Assembly (NCBI RefSeq): GCF_001194135.2
Contig: NC_068982.1
Coordinates: 35,414,744-35,478,743, forward strand
From: Octopus bimaculoides
Taxonomy: Eukaryota
Length of the DNA: 64,000 nucleotides
Reading direction: 5' to 3'
Positions 1 to 12,264 of the stretch are shown in pieces (position 1 is the first letter of the stretch; the number at the start of each line of letters is the position of its first letter). Position numbers and translations under genes: made by a program. The notes below the pieces were generated by a model. The model was not told the DNA's origin. It worked only from the letters and a program-made list of their open reading frames with translations, and made no database searches.

Positions 1-72
1 TATATGTATATGTATATATATATGTATGTATGTGTATATATATATGTGTATATATATATATATGTATGTATG

Positions 73-107
<35 letters not shown>

Positions 108-165
108 GTATGTATGTGTATATATATATGTGTATATATATATATATGTATGTATGTGTATATAT

Positions 166-203
<38 letters not shown>

Positions 204-222
204 GTTTGTATATATACATGTA
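1..222. repeat. Higher-order (TA/TG) microsatellite; similar tracts at 19890-20165, 39600-39850, 49263-49380 ((CA)n), 41700-41850
   Basis: Directly visible; source of the spurious MYIYIY/THTHTH ORFs. Confidence 0.95.
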
Positions 223-350
223 TATGAGAGGTATTGGAGTCAAGAAGACCCAAAAGTGTCAGGTAATGTTGAGTAAGTGCTATGGACAGACTATAGTTAA
301 GCTCCAAATTCGATAATGATACGAATGAGGAGTCCAACGTAGGTCGTGTA
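223..350 (+). repeat. Unclassified dispersed repeat; inverted copy at 12110-12245
   Basis: gtgtcaggtaatgttgagtaagtgctatggacagactatagttaagctcc matches the reverse complement of 12150-12215; both copies abut (TA)n. Confidence 0.85.
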
Positions 351-436
351 TTAGCATGCATATATATAAAAATTAACAGAATGAGATAAAAAATCAAAGG
401 CGGTGAATAGCTTTCAGAACATACATAAAGAGAAGG

Positions 437-482
437 TCTTAAAGCTGTTTCCAGGATATTTTATATATCCCTTCATCAGAGA
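437..482 (-). ncRNA. Hammerhead motif, degenerate (stem III pair lost)
   Basis: ucu CUGAUGA agggauau-auaaa-auauccug GAAAC agcu UUA aga. Confidence 0.6.
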
Positions 483-1426
483 TGGTGAAAGAACACCAAA
501 TATTGCATTGTTAGCCTTGAGAGATCCTCTCATATAGGCACTTGATGCATAAAACCACACACAGATCAGAACAGATGAAATTTGCCTGTCATGTGCACCA
601 GAATTCCCATATCACATGATTTTGGTCTATTGAAATTCCTCAATGGGAAGCACCAATTTCCACATGTCAGTCAAATTGTACTACTATGATTTATAGAATA
701 TCAACATCATTTCAGACACTGGTATCACAAATAGCCAGCAGGCTTGTTAAAAGTTAATTATTAGCAACAAATGCTGTGTTAATACCAAAAGGTAATTGTT
801 TTATCCAACTTAACATGGATTCTTTGTTAGAACACTGAATACTGCATTATTAGGCTTGAGAGACCCTCTCTTATAGGCATTTGTTATTTTCAAAAGTAAT
901 CGAAACAGAGACTGTGTTTTTCAAAAGAAACATAGTAACAAAAAGGTTTAAGTTATCTAAATTAAACCCTTCCAACAAAATTTTGAGTTAATTTATGTTC
1001 CAAACACTATCTTAAGCATTTAGCATTCATATCACTCTGTGAAATACAATACTTATTTATTCACATTATTTTGAATTAATTATGCTCAGTGATTAAGCAT
1101 GGTCTTGTAACTTAGAAGTTTCAGTGATTGTTTATTTTTTGAATGACATTGTAGGGTAGGTGTGAGAGGCCAGATCTGATTTGTTTGAACATAAAGCAGG
1201 TCAAATGTTTAAACCAGATTTGGCTGGTTTGACCATAAAATAAGTAGAAATATTCAGGCCAGATAAGACAGGTTTAAATGCTAAACGGTTAATAATGACT
1301 AAAATATTTTATGAAATTCTTCATTATTGTTAAAATTAATTGTAACAAAGATAGTGTAGTTGAACAGAAATCTGGTCACAAAAGGATTAAAAATACAACT
1401 GTTCATGCTTATACTCAGTTACTTAC

Positions 1427-1506
1427 ATGATAATGCAGTGGACAGGTAAATAAGTTAATCGGTTAGCTGGAGTATTCCTTAAAGAAATCAACAGTGATCC
1501 CATTTC
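1427..1506 (-). CDS. Weaker candidate exon (80 nt, phase 0-2): EMGSLLISLRNTPANRLTYLPVHCII
   Basis: Consensus donor CAT|gtaagt and moderate acceptor ataacttctatttgaaag|. Phase 0 is compatible with exon 11186-11058. Confidence 0.35.
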
Positions 1507-2134
1507 CTTTCAAATAGAAGTTATAGTTATGGTAACACAATGGAGCTATATAAAACTACTTTTACATGGTTGAAATTCTATTTCACATGCACAGACACCA
1601 ACAGGATATTAGATAAACACACACACTTACTCACACTCTTTCTTCCTTTTGTGCCTGTATTTCTTTTCACTGTTTTATTATTCTTTTCTCTTTTCTTTTT
1701 TTTAGTCTCTTATGCACACATACATAAGCATTCACACCTTCTTTTGTTTTCTGTCTTCAATGCTTACAATCAAACACACACACACACTTGTTTTGTCCTT
1801 TACTTTCATTTCTAAGTTAATATAATATTTATTAAGTGTATATCTAATAATCTGCTTGTTCGTTCACCCATTATACTTTAGTTAATTAGAGAGGTGGAGT
1901 GAGTGAGAGGTGGAGTAAAAGCGAGAGAGTGAGCGGGAGAGAAATGTGAGTAGAGAAGAAAGAAGAGAGGAGTATAATAATACACTAAGGCCAAATGCAT
2001 CACGTGGTTAGTTTAAAGGAGAAGCGAAGAGCAAGAGAAAAAGGCGGTGAGAGAAAAGTGGGAGAGAGAAGTGTTAATGATGTGCTGTAGGGTGGAGAGA
2101 GAAAGATTAAGAGAAAGAGAGAAATGTTAAAAAG

Positions 2135-2290
2135 TGGTTGGCGTTAGGAAGGGCATCCAGGTGTAGAAACTTTGCCAGACCAGATTGAACCTGGTGCAGC
2201 CTCAGGCTCACCAGTCCTTTGTCAAACCGTCCAACCCATGCCAGCATGGAAAGCGGACATTAAATAATGATGGTGATGATGATCATGATG
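2135..2290 (+). mobile_element. SINE, RTE-tailed family (S3) fragment
   Basis: ggttggcgttaggaagggcatccag...ccaacccatgccagcatggaaagcggacattaaat(gat)n. Confidence 0.85.
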
Positions 2291-2699
2291 AAGAGGGGAA
2301 TTATATAGTTAAAAAGTTTGTTGTTAAAAAGTTTGGGAATTGCATGGTTGAAATGCTTGTGAAAAAGAGAAATAGAAAGTGCTTAGCAGAGGGGAATTCT
2401 AAAATCATGTAATATATTATTATGACTGGAAGTGAAATAACTTAGCAAAATAAAAATAAAGATCATCCTTTCTGTTTTTAAATAGCTTCTCTGAATCCTT
2501 TTCGTTCTGTGGAATATCCTCAGAATCTCACTAGTATATATATTATGTAGGTGACAGGAAAGGCCTCCAGTTATAGAAAATCTGCCTCAACAAATTCTCT
2601 ACAACTCATGGTACTCATCATCATCAACATCATTTAACATCCATTTTCCATGTTGGAATGGGTTGGACGGTTTGACAATACTTAATAGTTTATTGTTGC

Positions 2700-3170
2700 T
2701 TTGTTGGATTTACCTACAATTCAAAATGTCTGGAATGGAGCCATCAAATGGAAATGAAGGAGCTGTAAAAGGATTACATTGGATGTTAAACTTGATGTTT
2801 TATGAAAGATCAATGCGGGAGAAAAACTCAACCATATTAGCAAAATGTTAAAGCTTGCAACATCTATTAGGTTGGTGCATAATTATTGTGGCTTTTTTTC
2901 AACAAATTTTATTCAACAAAAACAATAACATGTAACAAAAACATCTTTAAATGATTATTCCGGAGCATATTCACCATCTACTTCAATTACTGCCTCCCAT
3001 TTGCTTGGCAGACTGTCAGATCGTCATTTAAAGATGTTTTTGTTAAATATTGTTATTGTTTTTGTTGAATAAAATTAGTTGAAAAAAGCCACAATAATTA
3101 TGCACCAACCCAATACAATGGAAACAATACTTGATAACAGATAGAAAAGTAAGTGAAGTGCTCAAGAAGT
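2700..3170 (+). mobile_element. pogo/Tigger-like transposase N-terminal (HTH-psq) relic, split by a mariner MITE
   Basis: Reads MSGMEPSNGNEGAVK / KRITLDVKLDVL*KINAGEKLNHISKMLKLATS and resumes after the insertion as TMETILDNR. Confidence 0.7.
2867..3113. mobile_element. Mariner-derived MITE with ~95 bp TIRs and TA target duplication
   Basis: Ends are TTAGGTTGGTGCATAATTATTGTGGC and GCCACAATAATTATGCACCAACCCAA, with TA at 2865-66 and 3114-15. The internal minus strand encodes the mariner C-terminus LPSKWEAVIEVDGEYAPE*. Confidence 0.92.
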
Positions 3171-6100
3171 TAATCCATTAACTGCTCATACGTTATTCAT
3201 TTTATAGATGTTAGATGATGCTTAAAATGAGACAACTTTTATATGTATACCTTCAGGATCAAACCTGATGCATTGTGCCAGTAGACATATCATCATCATC
3301 ATCGTCATCATTTAATGTCTGTTGTCCATGCTGGCATGGGTTGAACGGTTTGACCAGAGCTGGCAAGCTGGGGAGCTGCACCAGTCTGCTTTGGCATGGT
3401 TTCTACAGCTGGATGCCCTTCCTAATGTCAACCACTTGACAGAATGTGCTGGATGCTTTTACATGGCACCATATGGGCGCTTTTACATGGTACTGCATGG
3501 GTATTTTTACATGGTTCCACACGAACATTTTTACATGGCCATTCTAATGTCCATGAATTTTACAAGTTTTCCACAAGCAAAAGGGTTTATATTCTGTGTA
3601 ACACTTGTCCCACTCTGTGACCCAAGGTGTTACAGAGCAGGATCAAACCTGAAACTACTGGACTGTGAAATGAAATGCTTAACATCATTCATGCTGCATG
3701 TGTTTTTATATATCACATGTTACTTTTGTCTATGTTTGATAGAGAATATTATTCCTATGCAAGCAGTTTCATGTGCTTTGATAAATTATAATTATCAGCT
3801 GGGTAGCTTCAATTATACATTGAATATTTTATATCTATATAACCAGAGTTTGAAGCAGTCAAAGTTTCCAAAGTCTTTTATTAGCAAAATCCATGTCATA
3901 GTTCAGCCAAAGAAAAACTCTTTGGAATTACTTGGAAATATGAGCCACTAAGCTAGATGCCATAAAGCACAAACTTCTGTGCACTAACATTACTACCAGA
4001 AAGAGCAGAAGTCAGCACTGTGCTTCTTCAATTCTTCAATTACTTTCATTGCTCAACAATAAAATATTTATATATCATACTTTCTGTGATATAGCTTGTA
4101 TGAGATGTAAGAATTTGTTGGAAGTTTAGCTTCATAGACGTTAGTTTCTCAAAGAAATTAACCAACAATGGTTTTCAAAAGTGCTGAAGAAACCACTTGT
4201 AGTTAAGAATCCTGAAGATGAAAGAAAGAAAGAAAGAAAAAAAGAAAGAGTGAAATGAAGAATTTATTCTTGGAAATATTCCATACATAATGTTTAGTTC
4301 TTTGTCTGGAGTTATCAGTCGTGAAATAGTTGATCTGTGTTTGTGTGTGTGGTAGTGTGGAGAGTGTCTGCCTGTTGGTAACTGTGTATTTTTTGTTTGT
4401 GGGTTTTTTGTGAATGCATATATACATCTGGTGTTTATGTATATGTACATATATATATATTAGTGTGTGTATTTGTATAAGTTCAGTTGCATAGTATTTG
4501 TTTGTGTATGCATGTATGTATGTAGATGTCTAAGTAGAGGTGTAGGTGTTTGCCTGGCATATTTGCATTCATCTCTACTACTACTACTACATAAATTAAA
4601 CATTTTATATTCATTGCCATGTGCAGATATTACAAGCATGTTTGTTATGTAAGAATAAATTATGCTTATTGTCTCTTGCCTTACAACACCTCATAAATAA
4701 CTTATCTTACTGTCATATGGTATATTGTAAATTCTACCATTATGCTTTTCTTAAAAACCATATTCCTCACATTTCTTTTTATATCTTATATCTGTGGAAT
4801 TTCACAAAACTATGACTTCTGTTAATTAAAGCTCTATTACTAAAAATTACCATTTTCATGTAATTATCATCATGTGTCAAAGCAGGTATGTCTGTGTGGT
4901 TGTGAAGTTTGCTTTGTAACCATGTGACTTGGTTCAGTCCCACTGTGTGGCATCGTTGGGAAATGTCTTCTATTATATAGATATCACTATTTTAACCAAA
5001 TCTACGTGTGATTGCCTTCATTTTCCCACTTCATAACTATTCTAAATAAACCTTTTGTTTTTTTCTTTTCCTTGTTAGTCCAAAGAGGAAGGGTTATACT
5101 CACAGCTTGTGAAAACCTCTGGAATGAAAGGGCAGAAAAAAATTGGGGGGTGAGGTTAATGCAGTTAATGGAATCCAAAGCAAACTTCTTAACTACACAG
5201 CAGTGCAGTGCTTGCACCTTCTATTGTGAGTGTAAAATGTGATTCATTAAACAGTATAGCTAGAATATTTGAGTGTGAGTGTGTGTATATGCACATGTAA
5301 AATCATTGATTTAACATTCACTTTTCTATGCTTGCATGGATCAAATGAAATTTGTTGAGGCAGATCTTCTGTAAGAAGATGCTCCTTTTGTCATCAACCC
5401 TCACTTGTTTCCAGGGAAGGTAGTTTTTTCCCCTACTCTTTGAAACACAAACAAATCAATTGCCAGACAATATGTACACATGTGTGTGTGCGTGTGCGTG
5501 TACATCTATGTATCTCTGTGTGTCTGCATATTGACACTATTTCAAGTCCAGCAGTAGTTCAGTGTTCAATGATGTGGAATAAAGTACCTTATTTGAGAGA
5601 CAAGTAAGGCTTGGGATCAGGAAGGACAATGCAGTCATAGGATATTGTTGCAAGAAATCTCACCCAGTCCATGCCAGCGTAGAAACAGAAAGGGAAAATT
5701 TATATAAAAACAACTACTACTACTACCACTACACCTACTATTTTTCTCGTTGTTGAAGGTAACCTGGCAAGATCGCTTGCACCCAACTTATGTTCTGAGC
5801 TCAAATGCTGCTGAGGTCAACTTTACTTTTACCCTTTCAGGGTTCATGAAATAAGTACTTGTTGAACACTGGAGGAGTAAATGTAGTTGACAAGCCCCAC
5901 CACCACCACAAAAAAAAATTCAGGCCTTATGCCGATAGGAGGCACTTGCCTAAGGTGCCATGCCATGAGACTGAACCTAGAACCATGTGATTTGGAAACA
6001 AGTGTCTTACCACACAGCCATGTCTGCATCTATAATGTGAAAAATTTCCACATCTTACATCTGGTCTACATTAATGGACTTTAGACAGCAGATATGTCAC

Positions 6101-6599
6101 TCTTTATTGAGTGTTTCAATGCTTTCTGTCCAACATAATGCTTCCTTTTGAGTTAACCTACTTCCATAGCCATTGTCTGTACTAAAATAGGTATTGTTTT
6201 CTTGTTGTATTTGTATTTGTTTTTTTTTCCCTCTTCCTCACTTCCTTTTAGTCCTTACTGGGAATTTGCTGAAAGCAGATTTCAGATATGAAAATAGTAA
6301 TAATATTGGTTTCAAATTTTGGTACAAGGCCAGAATTTTTTTAAAGGTGGGTTAAGTCGATTACATCAACTCCTGTGTTCAACTTGTTCTTATTTTATTA
6401 ACTCCAAAAGGATGAAAAGCAAAGTCAACTGCAGTAGGATTTGAACTCTGAACATAATGACAGATGAAAGGCTGCTGAGGCATTTTGTCTGATGTGTTAA
6501 CAATTCTGGTAGAAGTATGATGGTCACTCCTATCAATTTCAATGTATAAATGTTTGATAGAGAGGATTTAAGAAAAAAAAAATAAGAGAGAGAGAAAAA

Positions 6600-7390
6600 G
6601 AAAAAACAACTTTGAAAATAGAAGCTGCACCTATTTGTGATGAATGTGTGAATGTAATTTGAGTTCAGGTATGGATTTTGCTATGAAGTCACAATAGGAA
6701 CAATGATGATTTTGATTTTGCCTGGGATTGAGCAAATGTATCAGTTGATTGCAAGATATAATTCTTTTATTGTTCTGTTTCTTCATCTCAAATTGTTTCG
6801 ATACATCATGAGACATTTTACACCATGCAGACCAATCTAGGCAATGACTTTCCCAAGATGTCAAATTAAACTGAAGAGACTTTAGTGATTGCTTCAACTT
6901 ACCCTTATACCTAAGGATGGGTCTTCCTTTACTGTAGTATCCCTCTACTTGTTGGCCATATAAAGGAATTTTCAGAATGTGGTCATCTTTTATTCTAACA
7001 ACATGGCCTACCTGTCTGCACTGAATTCTCAACAGCATGCTTTTGATACTGGAGATATCACATTTTCCTAAGATTTTAACATTTGATATTTTATCTTGCC
7101 ATTTTATGTTACTGATATTGCACAGACAGTGCATGTGAAAGGTTTCATGTTTCTTTATTTGTCTGTAGTAGGGAATCCATGCTTCTGCCCCATACAAAAG
7201 TGTACTCAAAATACAAGATTTGTACACACTTATTTTAGTTTTCACACTAACACTGTGTTCATCCCTCAAACTATTCTGAGATTTGACAATGTCCAAAAAG
7301 TAATAAAAGCTACTAGTTCTACTATTCACCTATGTTTGTTGAGTGATTGTAAAGTGTTGAGAATGAACATACTCAATCTGTCTGGGTTTC
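6600..7390 (-). mobile_element. 5'-truncated RTE-clade (BovB-like) LINE: post-RT region and C-terminal C2H2-type zinc finger
   Basis: ORF 6631-7329 reads TKISVYKSCILSTLLYGAEAW...IKWQDKISNVKIL...GHVVRIKDDHILKIPLYG...KGRPILRYK...CSYCDFIAKS...HSHIHH, typical of RTE ORF C-termini. Confidence 0.9.
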
Positions 7391-7862
7391 TGCCAGAACT
7401 AAAATAAAAAAAGAAGTAAAATGTGAGAAGTGGTGACCCTCTCCACTAAATAACAAGAATGGAATTCTAACTACAGAACGTTTTCTCAATGAATGTTGCT
7501 TTTGTACTTTGATAAGTATCCTAGTACAGTATATGTTTGCAATTTTCTGTGCACATGCACACACACACATGCATGCACACGCACATACACATACATAGGC
7601 TCAGGCATGGCTGTGTGATTAAGAAACTCCCTTTGCAAATATGTGATTTTGAGTTCAGTTGTCAACTACAGCCACTGGCTGACCAATGTTGTATGAGTGA
7701 ATTTGATTGAGGGAGCCCTTTGTGTGTGTTTGTATTTATCTACCCACCACTTGACAACCAGTGTTGGTTTGTTTACATCCCCATAGCATAGCAGTTCAGA
7801 CAAACAAGACCAATGGAATATGTATAAGACTTAAACAAAAGAAAATAAGTACTAGGGTCGAT

Positions 7863-8124
7863 TTGGAGTAAAGATTATTTACCAACATAACATGGAAGTC
7901 CTGGTTTAGGACAAATGTTGCTGTAATTTAGCTCCAGGAGACACCGTCTCCGGCTGGTTATACGACACGATCTGTGTCCTTATATTTTTGAACAAGGGAA
8001 TGTAGCACCCCCACTCAGCTCTAAACAATATTTGTGTATCGCGATTTCCAGGTTATTTCCCTTCATCAGCTCAGTCCTAAACCAGGACTGCCATGTTATG
8101 TTGGTAAATAAATCTTTACTCCAA
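7863..8124. repeat. Fold-back element, ~50 bp arms, hammerhead in loop
   Basis: ttggagtaaagattatttaccaacataacatggaagtcctggtttaggac and its reverse complement at 8074-8124. Confidence 0.9.
8033..8073 (-). ncRNA. Hammerhead motif inside the 7863-8124 fold-back
   Basis: ugag CUGAUGA agggaaauaaccug GAAA ucgcga UA caca; palindromic UCGCGA stem III, one stem I mismatch. Confidence 0.6.
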
Positions 8125-8681
8125 TGTACTGTTGCTGAATATCTCATGTTGTGAGATTTACAAATGGGGTCAATTTGTTCAACTAAACCCATCAAGGAGA
8201 TATGTGTATATATACACATATACATAGACACACACTCATGCACACACCCACACATATGCACTCACTCATACATAAAATGTATGCACTAAAACTTTTTTCT
8301 ATACAAAAGATTGAAGTAATATGTGATCGCTTTTTGTAACTTCTCTCCTTTTTACTTTTGTTATATATTGTCAAGCTGACCTTATGAATTTGTATACCAA
8401 TATATTTTTAGTCAAACTGTAATACAGAAGCTTTCATTCTAAGGAAACTTGTTCTTATATTTTTATCTCCATACATATAAATACATAGAATAAACTATTC
8501 CCTTCTTATATTAAAAAGTTAGACATAAATTTGTGTGTGTATATATATCAATATATTATAAATTAACTACCAACAAAAATAATTGGTAAGCTAATTCAAA
8601 AAATCATTACCAAAATAGCAGAAAAACACCACAGTGAAAGTATGCAAATTCTTCAAGAATCGATCCTTTATTATTATTATT

Positions 8682-8722
<41 letters not shown>

Positions 8723-8946
8723 CAGGTTGAGTTCAATTTCATCCTTCTACTTTGTTAGATTTCTTATAAAATTCTTCATATGAAACTTGTAGCTTACTAT
8801 TGTAAGTATTTTTTTTTTAAATATGAAAATTTTACAAGGATAAGGTGTGTTATGAGCATTTATGGAACACGTGTCCTATATAAACTCAACAAACAATTAC
8901 AGATGGAGAAGAGAAGATGTTAAAAGTTTTATAAAGTTTTAATCCA

Positions 8947-8998
8947 TGCATACGATCGTTTCGAATGTAAGAAACATGTTACCATTCTCCTCAGTGCA
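8947..8998 (-). ncRNA. Type I hammerhead ribozyme, intact core
   Basis: ugca CUGAGGA gaaug-...-cauuc GAAAC gauc GUA^ ugca: 4 bp stem I, 5+ bp stem II, stem III with palindromic GAUC loop. Confidence 0.8.
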
Positions 8999-9174
8999 AA
9001 AAGAAGAATATATCAGGAAGGTAATATCAGAAGAATATTATGTTGTTACAGAAGACTATATGGAGTCCATATCACATAACTCATTCAGATATTCATAAAA
9101 TGATTATGAAAGTTGAAATATAATAACATGCTTAGCTAGTGTTGAGTCTAGTTATGTAAGAGCTAGATTTCCTT

Positions 9175-9284
9175 TAGTGCTGAGGAGAATGGTAATATGT
9201 AATTAAATTAATTTAATTATAATTAACTTAATTTTTTCCATGTTTCTTACATGTTGGTGTTACCATTCGAAACGATCATATGCA
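9175..9284 (+). ncRNA. Hammerhead ribozyme, inverted partner of 8947-8998, degenerate
   Basis: CUGAGGA gaaugguaa...uuaccauuc GAAAC gauc AUA ugca; GUA changed to AUA and a ~45 nt AT-rich insertion in stem II. Confidence 0.65.
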
Positions 9285-9400
9285 TGGGTTAAAATTTTAT
9301 AAAACTTTTAACCTCTTCTCTTCTCTATTTTTAATTGTTTGTTGAATTTATAAAGGATACGTGTTCTATAAATGCTCACAACACACCTTATACTTATATA

Positions 9401-9432
<32 letters not shown>

Positions 9433-9913
9433 NNNNNNNNNNNNNNNNNNNNNNNNNNNNNNNNNNNNNNNNNNNNNNNNNNNNNNNNNNNNNNNNNNNN
9501 NNNNNNNNNNNNNNNNNNNNNNNNNNNNNNNNNNNNNNNNNNNNNNNNNNNNNNNNNNNNNNNNNNNNNNNNNNNNNNNNNNNNNNNNNNNNNNNNNNNN
9601 NNNNNNNNNNNNNNNNNNNNNNNNNNNNNNNNNNNNNNNNNNNNNNNNNNNNNNNNNNNNNNNNNNNNNNNNNNNNNNNNNNNNNNNNNNNNNNNNNNNN
9701 NNNNNNNNNNNNNNNNNNTATATATATATATATATATATACATACATTTCAGTTTGTAGTTCATATGTCTGAAGAAGAAGCACACTCTAAAACATTAGAG
9801 TACTAATATGTAGAAGGTTGTTTGTTGTGGCCGGTCAGGGAGTGGCTATTATTTTCATGCCTCTAAAGCACTTAGCTATGTAGGCAACTCAAACAACCAA
9901 ATTTCTAAATACA

Positions 9914-9953
<40 letters not shown>

Positions 9954-9964
9954 ATTGCTAAACA

Positions 9965-10113
9965 GAACAGAAAACATTAAGGCAAGGCAAACATCTCAAG
10001 TCATATACAATATTATTATTGGAAAAAATTTTTTTGAATAATTTTTTCGAATTTTTTCCAATCATAATATTGTATACAACTTGAGATGTTTGCCTTGCCT
10101 TATTGTTTGCTGT
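9965..10113. repeat. Hairpin/MITE, ~65 bp arms
   Basis: taaggcaaggcaaacatctcaagt...attggaaaaaatt versus aattttttccaat...acttgagatgtttgccttgcctta. Confidence 0.9.
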
Positions 10114-10243
10114 CCTCTTTAACAGAAATTTGCAATGGCTCCATAACTACCCTCTCGGGTATAACCTTGGAGCCCTAGTAATCCGTTACAGCACTTACCT
10201 AGTGTATCTAATCATTTAGATTACCTGTGAACTAAACCCCCAT

Positions 10244-10291
<48 letters not shown>

Positions 10292-11057
10292 CACATACAT
10301 CCATACATACATACATACATACATATATGTATGTATATATTTTATATATAACTGTACACAAACATCTTTATTTTAATGTCCACTTTACTATGCTTGCATC
10401 AGTCAGGTGGAATTCATTGAGGCAGATTTTCTGTGACAGGATGCCTTTCCTGTTGCTAATCCTTACCTGTTTGTAAGTTAGGTAATATTTCCCCTTAGCC
10501 AGAGAGTTTTTTGCAGAATATTAGAAATGAATAACACCACTTGTGTGATGTCAATGTTTGTTTACAACTATCACACCATGTCAAAACAAGCAAACACACA
10601 TGCACACCAAACACACACACACACACACACACAATGAGTTTCTGTCTACCATATCCACTTGGTTGGCCCCCAAAACTATAAAAGAAAACACTTGCCCAAG
10701 GTACCACACAGTGGAACAGAACCTTAAAGACATGTGATTGGGAAACACACTTCTTAACCACTCAGCCACCACACACACACACACTTGCATATATGTCTCC
10801 TTGAGTCATCCTCTAACTTCTAACTTCCAAACTTTGTGGAGTGAACGTAGTAAAATAAAAACTGTACTGAAACTTCTCAGATTGTTTGTACTAGTTAACG
10901 TTTACTAGACTTAATTTCATGCATGTTTTAACACCATTATTACCTCCAGTACCACCACCACCACCTGTTTAGAAACATTTGCCACTGTGCAATAAATGCA
11001 TAATAAAATATTTCCCATAGACCAGAAGTACTGGATATAAAAAATAAACAAGTTTAC

Positions 11058-11186
11058 TGTTGTTAAGTACATTTCACAATTGGTGCCTTGAGCAGAGTCC
11101 ATTCTGTTGCAAACTGCTTCCTGCTGCAGTAATACATGACTCATTAGATCTTCTTTTCTTTCCTCACTCTCCATGTCATGCAGGTC
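11058..11186 (-). CDS. Candidate internal exon (129 nt, phase 0-0): DLHDMESEERKEDLMSHVLLQQEAVCNRMDSAQGTNCEMYLTT
   Basis: Acceptor cttgtagcttcttgcag|, a single open frame with protein-like composition, in unique sequence. The donor is uncertain: ACA|gtaaac preferred, with alternatives at T|gtgaaa and AT|gtactt. Confidence 0.6.
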
Positions 11187-11429
11187 CTGCAAGAAGCTAC
11201 AAGTATTGAACTTCCTTTTCTTAATAAGTCATAAAAGAAAGTCTCAAACAGAATGGCTTTAGTTAAACTTAAAGGTAGAAAAATTCAAATGAAATGTTAA
11301 GTTGCCACACTGCTATGAAAACTGGGTCATAGACACAATTTATTTGCAGCTTATCAGCATTGAATGGTGGTACATTGAACATGAATATCTGCATATATAT
11401 GTATGTGTGTGTGTATATTATATTAAGTG

Positions 11430-11725
11430 AAGGCGCATAGCTCAGTGGTTAGAGTGTCAGGCTCACAATCATGAGGTAGTGTGTTTGATTCCCGGACTGG
11501 GCTGTGTGCTGTGTTCTTCAGCAAGACACTTTATTTCATGTTGCTCCAGTTCACTCAGCTGTAGAAATGAGTTGCCTTTCCCTTGGATAATATCAGTGGC
11601 ATGGAGAAGGGAGGCTGAAATGCATAGGCAACTGCTGGTTTTCATTAAACAACCTTGTCTGGATTTGTGCCTCAGAGGGTAACTTTCTAGGTGCAATCCC
11701 ATGGTCAGTCATGACCGAAGGGGAT
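11430..11725 (+). mobile_element. tRNA-derived SINE (S6)
   Basis: A-box/B-box head ggcgcatagctcagtggttagagtg...gtttgattccc, then gcaagacactt...ctccagttcactcagctg. Relatives at 29590-29905(-), 32060-32290(-), 45750-45900(+). Confidence 0.85.
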
Positions 11726-11789
11726 CTTTACCCTTTACCCTTTTGAGATGAAATCCATGGCTGTGAGAGATTTTAGAATATTTATAAAT

Positions 11790-12080
11790 AGAAGGTCTTA
11801 CAGCTGTTTCCAGGATATTTTATATATATCCCTTCATTGGAGACAGTGTGAGAAAATGGTTAAGCAATAGTTATTCTAGATAAGATATGAAATAGAGAGT
11901 GAAGTGTAGGAATGAAAATAGGTGTGAGATATGTAGGAATATTGCATCTGTAGATCTATTATTTAGGCAGAATGGTATACATAAAAGATTCCAGTACCTT
12001 GTGAGTAAGTTCCAATAGTATTTAAAATTGGTCATCCCAAGTATAGAGTTTGTACACAGTGTTATTGAACTGAGAGTTTT
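11790..12080 (-). mobile_element. Penelope-like 3' fragment (possible GIY-YIG tail, UTR, hammerhead relic)
   Basis: The hammerhead motif at 11796-11843 lies downstream of a degenerate KLYTWDDQF...ESFMYTILPK segment reminiscent of PLE endonuclease C-termini. Confidence 0.45.
11796..11843 (-). ncRNA. Hammerhead motif, same family as 437-482, core mutated (CCAAUGA)
   Basis: ucu ccAAUGA agggauau...auauccug GAAAC agcu GUA aga. Confidence 0.55.
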
Positions 12081-12264
12081 TTTTTTTTTATATATATATA
12101 TATACACATGATGATATATGACCTGCGTTGGACTCCTCGTTCACATAATCACCGAACCTGGAGCTTAACTATGGTCTGTCCATAGCACTTACTCAGCATT
12201 ACCTGACACCTTTGGGTCTTATTGACACCATTACCTCTCATAACCTATATATATATAGTGCAGG

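Larger units (their letters stand above)
8840..9391. repeat. Fold-back element, ~160-215 bp arms each carrying a hammerhead
   Basis: Arms 8840-8998 and 9175-9391 are imperfect reverse complements around a ~175 bp spacer. Confidence 0.9.

Noticed and set aside
1427-1506. Resemblance of GSLLISLRNTPANRLT to C2-domain strands (synaptotagmin-like)
   Set aside because: It lacks the conserved Tyr and the downstream A-x-x-L motif, and no other C2 exons were found, so no gene name is assigned.
2714-2762. Minus-strand exon-like segment (PSFPFDGSIPDILNC) with good splice sites
   Set aside because: It lies antisense within the Tigger relic and its phase does not fit the adjacent candidates; likely coincidental.
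3322-3951. 209-aa ORF MSMLAWVERF...
   Set aside because: The first third is antisense S3 SINE and the rest is AT-rich sequence with no recognisable domain. The same applies to 45389-45880, 45637-46128 and 61071-61397.
11430-11500. tRNA-like sequences at SINE heads
   Set aside because: A/B boxes are present but there is no complete cloverleaf, and they continue into SINE bodies.
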